64,000 bases of DNA, taken from the NCBI GenBank assembly GCA_965644295.1, contig CBFFRP010000373.1:62001-126000 (forward strand), given 5' to 3'. Below, piece after piece: positions 51,702 to 63,609 of the stretch. This stretch comes from Paraphysomonas bandaiensis (Eukaryota > Protista > Chrysophyceae). The notes beneath the pieces are model-generated. The model searched no databases. It worked only from the letters and a program-made list of their open reading frames with translations, and was not told the DNA's origin. Made by a program: the position numbers and the translations under genes. The first letter of the stretch is position 1; the number at the start of each line of letters is the position of its first letter.

Positions 51702-51805
51702 CCCTCAACAAAATCGGACTCGCACGTTTTTGTGGTGTTCTGGGAATAAGTACCGGAGAGATTTCACCGGGAAACTAACGTGAGCCACATATGTAGCCAG
51801 CAGAA
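51702..51805 (-). repeat. Family A end fragment
   Basis: CCCTCAACAAAATCGGACTCGCACG...GTACCGGAGAGATTTC. Confidence 0.8.
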
Positions 51806-52141
51806 TAAAAGAATAAAGTTTACTGTTAGACATGTTGAATTTGTCCAGTAGCTTTCTGACGTACTGCTCCTGACTGAGAGTCGTGATATTTTTGTCAAAA
51901 TCTTGATGAATGGAGATGCCCAAAAGTAAACAATATGCAAACGTGGGAAAAAAAATTTCCCACGTTTTTGACGTACATTCCTCGTTAAAGCTAGCTAGTT
52001 ACTAGAGTGCTAATAAATAGTTCTCTGCATTTGTATTGATATATTACTGACTAATATTGCAAATTAATATTATTTTCAGTATAAAAATGGGTTCAACTAA
52101 CCGTTTGATTGCTATGTACGTGAATGAGCTACAAACTAGTT

Positions 52142-53130
52142 CTAGCTAGTCATTGTATAAACATAACACCACATAATTATTGAAAAGAAGAGCAATAAAC
52201 ATACAATGCATACTCTACTCTTCTCTATATTCAATAACATTCTACAGAATTCCTTGTTCTTCTCCTTCCGATTCTGAAGCTCGAGGAGCTGGGCTTCAGC
52301 TTTGAAGTTGTCACGTTCATAAGCCATACGAACGTGTCCACAAGAAGACTTTCTGTGTAGGAGTTCTTCGTGCTCTTCTTCGTGCTCTTCTTTCTATCTT
52401 TGCTTCGTTTTTGACGGGGAGGTCTCATCTTTCGACGAAGCTGTGTTCTAGCACTGAATGATTCCTCCTCTTAACGACTGCTGGAATGCCCATCAATGCA
52501 TGCAGGGAACTCCTCAGAGCTCTCTATCTCTTTCTTCCGACGACTCTTTCTTCAAGTAGGTTTAGAATTAGACAGGACATGCTATTCTAGCTACTTACGG
52601 CAGGTTAAAAGCTTAAATGAAATGCCTTTGAAGCACTAAGCTTCCGTAGTGGCAGTCCTTTCTTCTGCATCATGTAATCTACACAATCAATCATTCTGAT
52701 ATTGTAAAGTAGACATATACATAAATGAATTGCAGCATATGAGATCGTGTATAGTGCTACATACCAGCAGTAGGTGTATTGTTGGCAACCCCAAGGAGAG
52801 TGACCGAAGGTGCATGTCCACTCTCCTCAATCCACTGTATGAGGCTCTGTGCTACAGCCTCGTGACCAAACGCTGTCATGAAGACACATGTGACTTTCCT
52901 GGAAGGCAGTTATAAGCCTGCAACTCTGAACCACTCAGTAAGAGTATCATCTGAGAGTGGTGTGACCTCTGCAGCATTCGGAAGTATGTATGTGTGTGTC
53001 TGTCTGTCTGTGTGCTCAGGAGGTGTGATCCACACAACAATGAACACCTCATCCGATAAACCACACCTCCTGAGCACTCCTCACTGTCATCAACAATGTC
53101 ACAATCTAAGCACCAGAAGATACTGACTCA
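52142..53130 (-). pseudogene. Decayed intron-containing gene inside the TIR element
   Basis: Exon-like frames AAEVTPLSDDTLTEWFRVAGL*LPSRKVTCVFMTAFGHEAVAQSLIQWIEESGHAPSVTLLGVANNTPTA|GTATGT...TAG|DYMMQKKGLPLRK..., then a basic/coiled-coil tail (YERDNFKAEAQLLELQNRKEKNKEF). Contains internal stops. Confidence 0.45.
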
Positions 53131-53581
53131 GAAGATCCATCCCTCTATATGTATGTGTGTATGTGTGTGTGTTAAGTTATGCATATGTATTATGGTCACG
53201 ATGTGCGTGTTGTAGTCACTGCTCGTGCAGTGTGGTTGCGGTGTAGTGTGATGCACACCGCGTCCTCACCACACACTCATGACGCGTGTTCGATTCTCTT
53301 GTGGGGTGTTTTTGTCAATTCAATTTTTTTTGTACGTGTTTTTCTATATGTTATGCCGCGCTGTGCTGTGTGCATGAATGTATCCGGTGCGAGGAACACA
53401 TTTTGAAATGCGCACATCATACACAACACAACAAACACAGTAACACTCGGGATGCAGGCTGTGCTGAGTGATGCGCGATGCATCTATTCCTACCTCATGT
53501 CGAAAGTGTATGTTTTTCGACAGCAGATGTCTTCCCACGACAAGGTTAGTTTGCTAGTACTGTGTGCTCGTATGTGCGTTC

Positions 53582-54753
53582 TGTGCCTGATCAACACTGT
53601 GCTCATTGATGTAATAAATGATACGTGTGAGTCAAGTGGGGGCACAGTGGGGGTTCATCGCTTTCGGTTTGTTCAATTGCTTGATCACTTTTGATACAAA
53701 CCGAGAAGCTTGATGATTTAGGGTCTGCTCTCTAGTCTTTGCACTGGATTTGAGCTGGTTCCCACCTAAACGGGGCTTTGTTGCATGTGACGTGAGTTTC
53801 ATTGCAGCAATTAAGAGGTGTGTATTGAGCAATCAGAAAACCACCCCCGCATCACTGTTTCGTAGTATGTCATCTCGAGTTAATGACGAACCGATTTAGT
53901 TGTACCTTCTCACCGTATATGTAATGCATGAAGTATGTATATAAATGCTATTCTATTAATGATTATATGTTGCATGTGCCTTATCAACACTGTGCTCATT
54001 GATGTAATAAATGATACGTGTGAGTCAAGTGGGGGCACAGTGGGGGTTCATCGCTTTCGGTTTGTTCAATTGCTTGATCACTTTTGATACAAACCGAGAA
54101 GCTTGATGATTTAGGGTCTGCTCTCTAGTCTTTGCACTGGATTTGAGCTGGTTCCCACCTAAACGGGGCTTTGTTGCATGTGACGTGAGTTTCATTGCAG
54201 CAATTAAGAGGTGTGTATTGAGCAATCAGAAAACCACCCCCGCATCACTGTTTCGTAGTATGTCATCTCGAGTTAATGACGAACCGATTTAGTTGTACCT
54301 TCTCACCGTATATGTAATGCATGAAGTATGTATATAAATGCTATTCTATTAATGATTATATGTTGCATGTGCCTTATCAACACTGTGCTCATTGATGTAA
54401 TAAATGATACGTGTGAGTCAAGTGGGGGCACAGTGGGGGTTCATCGCTTTCGGTTTGTTCAATTGCTTGATCACTTTTGATACAAACCGAGAAGCTTGAT
54501 GATTTAGGGTCTGCTCTCTAGTCTTTGCACTGGATTTGAGCTGGTTCCCACCTAAACGGGGCTTTGTTGCATGTGACGTGAGTTTCATTGCAGCAATTAA
54601 GAGGTGTGTATTGAGCAATCAGAAAACCACCCCCGCATCACTGTTTCGTAGTATGTCATCTCGAGTTAATGACGAACCGATTTAGTTGTACCTTCTCACT
54701 GTATCTGTAATGCATGAAGTATGTATATAAATGCTATTCTATTAATGATTATA
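53582..54753. repeat. Tandem repeat, 393-bp unit x 3
   Basis: Identical 66-aa ORFs at 53632, 54025 and 54418 (offset 393). Only about 3 substitutions are visible among the units. Confidence 0.97.
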
Positions 54754-55069
54754 TATGTGTTTCTAATACCTAGTTTCTTTGTGTGTGTTTTAGAGTGTGC
54801 GTTGGCTTTTGAATCGGGCTGATGTCATAACACGCTTTCATTGTTGCAATGATCTCTGCCTTCTGAACTCTGTCGGCTATCTTCGTGGAAAGGAAATTAT
54901 ATTGAGATGCTGGACTGAGATTCCATGATCAGTATTGACAGAACTGGTAGTGGAGCGTTATACTCTGAGTTCAACTGGAAAGTTGATGATGTTTCTCAAG
55001 GTTAAGTAGAGGGCGTGTGCAAGAATTGTTTATACAGCTGCTATGTATGACGTATAGTGGTTGCGCGAT

Positions 55070-56835
55070 GGATTTATGTTGTACAAGTTATACAGCTGCT
55101 TCGTGTGTTCTTTCGTGTAGCTGACACCTGTGTTCTCTCGTAGCGCTAATTGAATGCTAGGCTCATGTTGCATCGAGAGATTGTAGTGTATGAGTGTGTA
55201 GGCGTTGTGTGATGGCTATATGTTATACAGTTATACAGCTGCTATGTGTGTTCTCTCGTGTAGCAGTACATTGTTATGCTACACTTGTGTTCTCTCGTTG
55301 TGCTAATGAATGCTAGGCTCATGTTGTATCGAGAGATAGCAGTGTATGACTTGCGTAGGCGTTGTGTGATGGCTATATGTTATATAGTTATACAGCTGCT
55401 ATGTGTGTTCTCTCGTGTACAGTAGCTGAGTGAATATACGTGTAGCAGTACATTGTTATGCTACACTTGTGTTCTCTCGTTGTGCTAATGAATGCTAGGC
55501 TCATGTTGTATCGAGAGATAGCAGTGTATGACTTGTGTAGGCGTTGTGTGATGGCTATATGTTATACAGTTATACAGCTGCTATGTGTGTTCTCTCGTGT
55601 ACAGTAGCTGAGTGAATATACGTGTAGCAGTACATTGTTATGCTACACTTGTGTTCTCTCGTTGTGCTAATTGAATGCTAGGCTCATGTTGTATCGAGAG
55701 ATAGCAGTGTATGACTTGTGTAGGCGTTGTGTGATGGCTATATGTTATACAGTTATACAGCTGCTATGTGTGTTCTCTCGTGTACAGTAGCTGAGTGAAT
55801 ATACGTGTAGCAGTACATTGTTATGCTACACTTGTGTTCTCTCGCTGTGCTAATGAATGCTAGGCTCATGTTGTATCGAGAGATAGCAGTGTATGACGTG
55901 TGTAGGCGTTGTGTGATGGCTATATGTTATACAGTTATACAGCTGCTATGTGTGTTCTCTCGTGTACAGTAGCTGAGTGAATATGCGTGTAGCAGTACAT
56001 TGTTATGCTACACTTGTGTTCTCTCGTTGTGCTAATGAATGCTAGGCTCATGTTGTATCGAGAGATAGCAGTGTATGACTTGTGTAGGCGTTGTGTGATG
56101 GCTATATGTTATACAGTTATACAGCTGCTATGTGTGTTCTCTCGTGTACAGTAGCTTTGTGAATATACGTGTAGCAGTACATTGTTATGCTACACTTGTG
56201 TTCTCTCGTTGTGCTAATGAATGCTAGGCTCATGTTGTATCGAGAGATAGCAGTGTATGACTTGTGTAGGCGTTGTGTGATGGCTATATGTTATACAGTT
56301 ATACAGCTGCTATGTGTGTTCTCTCGTGTACAGTAGCTGAGTGAATATACGTGTAGCAGTACATTGTTATGCTACACTTGTGTTCTCTCGCTGTGCTAAT
56401 GAATGCTAGGCTCATGTTGTATCGAGAGATAGCAGTGTATGACGTGTGTAGGCGTTGTGTGATGGCTATATGTTATACAGTTATACAGCTGCTATGTGTG
56501 TTCTCTCGTGTACAGTAGCTGAGTGAATATGCGTGTAGCAGTACATTGTTATGCTACACTTGTGTTCTCTCGTTGTGCTAATGTATGCTAGGCTCATGTT
56601 GTATCGAGAGATAGCAGTGTATGACTTGTGTAGGCGTTGTGTGATGGCTATATGTTATACAGTTATACAGCTGCTATGTGTGTTCTCTCGTGTACAGTAG
56701 CTGAGTGAATATACGTGTAGCAGTACATTGTTATGCTACACTTGTGTTCTCTCGTTGTGCTAATGAATGCTAGGCTCATGTTGTATCGAGAGATAGCAGT
56801 GTATGACGTGTGTAGGCGTTGTGTGATGGCTATTT
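55070..56835. repeat. Satellite array, 182-bp unit x ~9-10
   Basis: TAATG(A/T)ATGCTAGGCTCATG starts at 55851, 56033, 56215, 56397, 56579 and 56761. Shorter or degenerate units lie at the left edge, and related sub-repeats continue to about 57240. Confidence 0.97.
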
Positions 56836-59374
56836 GTTGAACGGAGTAGATACTCTAGTATAAGATAGGTGTAACGTGACGTGTATTGGTTGTGTGATGG
56901 ATATAATATGTTGCACTGAGTGAGTACTCGAGTATAAGATATGTGTGACGTGTATTGGTTGAGTGGTGGACATGTTGAACTGAGCGAATACTCGAATATA
57001 AGATATGTGTGACGTTACGTGTATTGGTTATATGTGATGCCTATATGTTGTACAGTTATTCTGCTATGTATGTTCTCTCGTTGAGCTGAGTGAATACTCT
57101 AGTATGCTCAGGTTTTACCGCCGAGCGATAGTAGTGTATGGCTTATATTGGTTGAGTGATGGAAATATTGAACGTAGTGAATACTCTAGCATAGGATTTG
57201 TGTGACGCGACGTGTATTGGTGTTTTATGATGGCTATTAGTAGTAGTATTAGGGCATTCAACGTAGTTACTGGTTAAAGGAAACGTGCTGTTGGTGTGTC
57301 CTATAGGACCTAAATATTAATAAAAATAATTATTAACACTATACTATTGCATTCAAGCACTTTTAGAACCATTCTACAACAATTCTTAAAAGTCTAGTAA
57401 AATCTACTAGAATTTCCCAAATTTCTGAAAATTTCCCACGTTTGCATATTGTTTACTTCAAGTAATAATCTAGGAGTCCGAGATCCGTAATTTCGAACTT
57501 TTTGGATAAATGGTCTTTGAATTGTTGGATATCAGTAATATTATGCTGTTGTTTCTTAAATCTAATCAACAGTTGTGGCCGGATGCAAGCACATTTTAAT
57601 TAATAGTGGATGAATATAGTGATGAGATGTCACCGATGATGGCTCAGAGGATGAGTATGAGGAAACTTTTAATTCTTTAAGAAGTAGTGGGTTTGATTAT
57701 CAAGAAGTGACCTTAGGCCTTATAATTAATGACGAGTACTAAAAATGGAATCTACGGATGTGTTTACATACTGATTAGTCATACTACTGTGATATATTAT
57801 TGCAATAGCATTGTTGGGCTGGGTTAAAAACTCCATCTAATAAAAGTATATTGCAATATATTTTTCCCTATCCCTGCTATACTCGGCATATACATAGTGA
57901 TGCAATCTATCTACCTCAGATAACGTAGTTTCTTTGTGAAAATAACTATCTATGTGACGTTAAAATGTCGGAGATTGTTGCTCATATTTGGACAAATAAT
58001 GGACACTTTTATCTTGTTTAGACAGATATCAGAGTAAAGATTCATCATATATGTCTGCTATCGTACAATCACTAATAACTTAATAACTACATTTTAAATT
58101 ACTAATATTTATTATGATATATAATATGTACCGTGTAATGAAAGAATACCATGACCAGACCTGATGTATATCTCTATTGAAAATGTGTGTTTGTTCAAGA
58201 TATAGGTCTTTTCATAATGGTGAATAGGATTTTATGTTCCAGCAGGGCTGCGTAACAACAGTCAATATTGACGCAGGTTATCATTATTATTAATTGACGC
58301 TAAACTACTAAAAGCAAATCAGTCATAACAACATTTTCTCTAGTAAAAATAATCTTTCAACCATATGATATTATTATATTGTTTATTGGTAATTGCATGC
58401 ATATAACAATATAGTAAGAATGTCTGATTATTGCATGAGAGAGGGATTATTGCGACTAGACGAAGCTAGGTGTAATATTATATATTATATCTATATAGAC
58501 TTACAGTACTCTATAATAACTCGAGTTGCTATAATATTATACTACTGATAGTTCAACCGTCTTGGGACTACTTGTGCATCGCTGTGAACACCATGGTGCT
58601 TATGATATGCAAGGGCTTTAGGCTACAGTACATGTTAAGACGTGCTCACTTTCGCTGCCTGTTATTATCAATCAAAAGCTGCGCTGTGTTGAGATCCCCA
58701 TTATGTCATATCATCATCTCTTCTTTCTCATTTTTAGCAAAAGTATTATAATTTGATCCTCTCCGTCCGGGTATAAGTGGGGCATCGTTGTAACCTTGTA
58801 TCATCAAGATAATCTTTTTAAAGCTACATTATTGTCACCATAATGGGGTGTCTTTTGGTGATGAGTTGGTGGAGAGATCGAACTAATGGCAGACGTTATA
58901 TATGTAATAATTGAAACATCTTGCCCTTGTTCACTTATAAGTACTTGGAATTATTAGACTCAACACATACATCACAGCCAAAAACCCACGACTGCTAGAA
59001 GTCAGATAGAAGCAAGTAACGGTTACTCATGGAAATATGAAGAGCCTCATGTGGTGTAGCTATAATATACAGCACATGCACCAGCATGGAAAATTCTTAG
59101 AATTTGCAATTGGCGGCACTTATACCCAGCAGGTTTGAATACCCAATAAAAATAAACAGTATAAATAACATCATCATTTATTTAATTTGTAACTTTTTAG
59201 AATGTGTGGTACAGGCTTTTGCCAATCAAACTACCATTAAACGTGACAATTAAGGATTGCAATTTGTATCTATTTAATATTTTAATATATTATATAGACA
59301 GTAAAAGCTGAAATCATATTATCCAATTAACTGTAAGCGAACAAATAGTTATATATTTCATTGAAATATTAAAA

Positions 59375-60225
59375 ATCTGATTATATTACAAGAAGCACAA
59401 GCTTGTGCGTTGCCGCGGCCAACCAAACAACTCGCGCGACACTAAGCATAACAGGACTCTCACCTCTAGTTACTGTTGCATGCATCGACAAGTAGTGCTC
59501 AACTATATAACACGACTTAGTTATTAGCTACATGGGCATACTACGAGTTACGTGTTTAAGCCCGATCATACGCTCCTGTCCCATCTACTTGTCCTGACAC
59601 AATCAACTTGCGGCAGATCGTTAGGGCCCTTCAAGGTGGTGTTCACAGCAGCATCGCAGGTAGTCAGGAGGGGAGAGTAGTGTAGCTCTAGCGCCGGGTC
59701 CTCCCACACGGTCTCATTGGTGCAATTTTGCACACTGGTGCATGAAACAGATGTCTACCAATATCTGTTACAAATTCAAGCTGACTCCAATGTCTTCCCT
59801 CCATTATTATGTGCACTCGTCCAGCACATGCATCCACGCTAGTAGGAAATTGTGCACCTTCTCCGCTCGGATGAAAACCTGCTATAAGTAAGAATTAACA
59901 TAAAAGTACACACAAATGTACTTGCTGACACTGCTTCAATGGAGAACAGTGCCAGAGCCTTGTTATATCCTCAATGACCTGGGTCAGGAGAAATCAAGAC
60001 TAGGCAGACGTGTGAGAAGACATGACAGGTCTAATCACATTGCCATATTGCCATGTATCCATGAGAAAAGTTTGACGCATTACCTCGGTCTCTTGTACCA
60101 CACAAGCGTTCAGCTGTGAGTGGGCAGAATATTATCTGCTGAATATATGTTTGCGGTTCACGTTAGTTTCCCGAAGAAATCTTTCCGGTACTTATTCCCC
60201 AGAACACCACGAAAACGTGCGAGTC
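59375..60225 (+). mobile_element. Family B copy ending in the family A terminal segment
   Basis: Starts TCTGATTATATTAC..GAAGCACAAGCTTGTGCG. From about 60095 it reads CCACACAAGC...CCGGTACTTATTCCCCAGAACACCACGAAAACGTGCGAGTC, as in family A. Confidence 0.75.
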
Positions 60226-60577
60226 TTTACATTAGGAGAGATACTGTGCCTTTGTATAGTCGATTATGTGTCTTTTCTCTTGATCTTGAGCTACAAGACT
60301 AATAATTGCAATTAATTGTTACGCAGCCCTGCTAATAATATACATACATAAAAAACGTGTCTGTGCCTGACGGTTAGAAAGGCGTGAAAAGTCCTGTTCT
60401 TATCATATATGACATTCATTGGTTTGAGGTTACAAACTGCATTCACTAAAAGAATTAGTATAGAATTTATAATTTATAAACTTGTGTATATTAGTTATGC
60501 TTTGTGCACTAGGTGACTAAAACACCCCTCGATATTTATAAATCAAAAGATATAGCAACCAAGAAGTGCAATAATCA

Positions 60578-62348
60578 CTACTTACAGGATTCCTCAGTCT
60601 CAGGGTTAAATATTTGAGAAGGAGAGGTAAATTCCGGGGCTGTTCTTCTCCTCAAACTTGGTATATCTTTCTCAATGATATAATTGAGCTGATCGAAGTC
60701 TGACTGCGATATTCTGCCCATACTGGTGATGTCTTCTTCTCGGTTCCATCCAACCCGAAAATGGTCCCGTACCTTTCTCCACATATCAGCTGTGTATTCA
60801 TCTCCGTCTGCGATGCGCCGGGCATAGAGCCTCCTGTAGACGCTCTCTAAACCCCTCGGTCCCTCCACAGCAAGCATATCGGTGAGGCTATTACGAAGTA
60901 GTTTAGTCTGCCACCAGTGTACCCCAATAACGAGTAATGTATTCAGAGAACCCGTGACGGCAATGGCTTCAGGAGAGGTTATCAGTACTGCTGCACCAGC
61001 AGTGCTGCCTATGGCCGCAGCGACAGAGCCCAGTATACTCAGTCGAAATCGCCAACGATCCGAATGGTACCGTGATAGAACGTCATCAACAATTCGACAA
61101 TGCATTTCTAAGAGATGAACCTTTTCTGTCAAACGCGTAATATCATTGTCTTCTCTCCTCTTGGGAGTGTTCAATACCTCTTTTACAACATCCTCCCTAG
61201 TGGCCTCTAAATCAGCTAAGCCCTGTCCGAGCGTGTGCTCTTCGACGCTCTGATCCCCTGAGGCAGCGGCCTGATAGGATCGCGGAAGGCACATTGTGTA
61301 TATACGGGGTAGATCCTTACGAGGAATGACCTATATTACTATCAGTATAGTGTATACGCAACTGGTCGTAAGCTGAAGTGGGAGTACCTTAGAGAGGTTC
61401 CAACAGAGAGATCCATACGCTCGTGCGAAATCATGTATCCTTTTGAACTGATCCGCTTTATTCAGAATGATGTGCAGTTTGTGGTCCATTCCTGTAATCT
61501 ACATCAGTTCCCAACACCAAAAGCACGGCACATGATATAAAGCACGGCACCCACCTTGTAGAGCATTGGTGAGGATGGACAACGTCTCACCAGTTGTACC
61601 CGGTTTGTCTGGATCAAAGAACAGAAGGATCACGTCGGCCCTCTCCGCGTACCACTTTATCACGTCCTCAAAGTTATAACCCCTATCCATAGCACTAGAG
61701 TGTTTGCCACTTGCAACACTACTCAAATGGTGGTGCTCATGCAAATCTTCCCGAAGCTTATGTCTGCTGGAGCTTCCAAAGGGATCCTTCACCAGAGGAC
61801 TGTCGATCATGCCAGGAGTGTCCACGATCATAAAGTCGGTAACAGCAGTATTCGCGCGGACTTTGAGCTGTACTAATTCTGTTAGAGATGCTGGAAAAAC
61901 AAGTAATTCTAACCTGAGTATGGTGGATCAACGTAGGGCCGAATCCTTTCAGTCCTGAAAACCCCATGTCTGGGTCACCAATGAAGGATGGACCATCTCG
62001 ATCATTGTCCTTCGGACCGGGAGCAATGATCGTAAAGCTGTCATCTGTGGGGGCTACACCAGCAGTTTGAACCTTGCGATTGAGTAAATAATTTACAAAA
62101 CTCGATTTTCCAGAGGAGTGATTGCCTAAAAGAAAAACGAAAGGGAAAATAGTATTCTTATTCGTGGCTTTATCCAACGGGCCTTTGCATCTATCGTTCA
62201 GTGGTTCTATGCTCTTTAATATTTTCTGACAATCAAGAATAACGCCTGGGGAGTCGCGAATGCCGCCAAAATTTCTGACGGCAAGTGGTCTATACGTCGA
62301 TGCATGGCCACAAACCATTACTCTTGACAATCGGAAACCGCGAGCCAT
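60578..62348 (-). CDS. EHD/sarcalumenin-like dynamin-superfamily NTPase with transit-peptide-like N-terminus and C-terminal TM segments, multi-exon
   Basis: G1 GNHSSGKS, G2 APTDDSF, G3 DTPG, RGYNF..VIKWYAERADVILLFFDPDK, G4 LNKAD. Hydrophobic stretch LSILGSVAAAIGSTAGAAVLI...TLLVIGVHWW. Confidence 0.85.
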
Positions 62349-63609
62349 AACACACTACCGTATAAACCCTCAAGCACAGCAGTTTCTAGTTTACTAAGTA
62401 TTATATGTACACTCCGCAATTTTACCATGCAAGTGAGTGATGCAATGATGAAATATGCTCACATATTGAGGCAGCCACTGTCATACTGCTGTATGACTCA
62501 AGAATTCACAACAAAAATCACAAATTCTGAAAGTATGCTAGAAATTCCTAATATATCTGCAGCTAGTTCCTACAAATCGCTGGTTTTGATCGATATAAAA
62601 TTCAGATATGCTCATAAAAGGCTATAAATTCAGGGTATGAGCTTGAGCGCGACATGGTATTGTGCGGCTAATATTGTTGTTTGACGTGATGTAAGCAAGT
62701 GATATGATACCTCCATTGATACGGTGGTGTTGAGATGCTAATTGTACCTTGCGATATAGAGCTGCTGAAGATCTCTGAACACATATTATGAAGATGATCT
62801 TCCATTCACCGGTCAGTTAAGGTCACAATGAAGTAGCGCAATTGGATACAGTACTGTGCTATGTTTATGTCATATATCGAGCTACATGCGAGATATGGGC
62901 GTCCAGTACTCTGTGTGGTGGTGTTGCTGCTCTTATGAGGAATACAATACAATGACGAACATTGTGTTGATGGTGAGTATAATCTCTGGATTGTGTTGTA
63001 GATATCGTTGTTTGATATGAGGAGATGATAAGACATCTCCAGTGATACGTTATGGATAAGATATATTACTTATTAAGAATCACAAGTGATTAATTGTATT
63101 TTGATTTCTATTCAAGGAGCTATATTTCTATGCTGTATCGAGACAATTCTTCTTTCTAGAGTATTTGTCAACTAGTTGCCTACATAAGCTGTAGGAAACA
63201 TATTCTTCACTACCTACCTCGTTGGTCTCACAATTGTCCTCAAATTTATACACTACATACACACAACGATGAAAAAATCGTTTCCGTGTGTTATCTTCCT
63301 TTCCGCTATTTGTAAAAAATGAGGCTGTTCTTTAGTTTCTTTTATGTATGTGTACTGTCGTCTGTGTATTGCTCATGGTGGTCCTCACCATAGCATGTTG
63401 TTACTTATCATAGTACTCAACAATAAAGTCGCCTGTAGTCTGTAGTCCTGTTATAGTCCCATATCCCATGGAGAGAAAAACACTTCAAATAAAGAATTGT
63501 GTTTTGTATTCAACAAGTGTTAAAAGTAATTAATTGTAATTATTACTTGCTGTCTCAATTTCAATTATTGAAATTAATTGCAATTATTTAGAACTAAAAT
63601 ACACTAGCT

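Larger units (their letters stand above)
51924..57458. mobile_element. 5535-bp TIR DNA element, unclassified (27-bp TIR, 3-bp TSD CAA)
   Basis: AAGTAAACAATATGCAAACGTGGGAAA (51924-51950) is the exact reverse complement of 57432-57458. CAA at 51921-51923 and 57459-57461. The empty site ATGCCCAAGTAATAATC is present at about 37830. Confidence 0.93.
51824..57545 (-). pseudogene. Copia RT fragment (51824-51923 + 57462-57545) split by a TIR element
   Basis: The halves translate DIQQFKDHLSKKFEITDLGLLDYYL | GISIHQDFDKNITTLSQEQYVRKLLDKFNMSN and are near-identical to 37737-37875. Confidence 0.9.

Noticed and set aside
53632-54618. Three identical 66-aa ORFs as a gene cluster
   Set aside because: By-product of the 393-bp triplication. 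They have non-ATG starts and no recognisable motif.
55070-56835. CRISPR-like array
   Set aside because: Units are whole tandem copies with no unique spacers, there are no cas genes, and the context is eukaryotic. The same applies to the 159- and 393-bp repeats.
58243-60331. Single hAT element bounded by CAGGGCTGCGTAACAA / TTGTTACGCAGCCCTG
   Set aside because: The 16-bp ends are complementary, but the flanks (TGTTCCAG vs CTAATAAT) show no 8-bp TSD. I cannot confirm they belong to one insertion; it remains possible.
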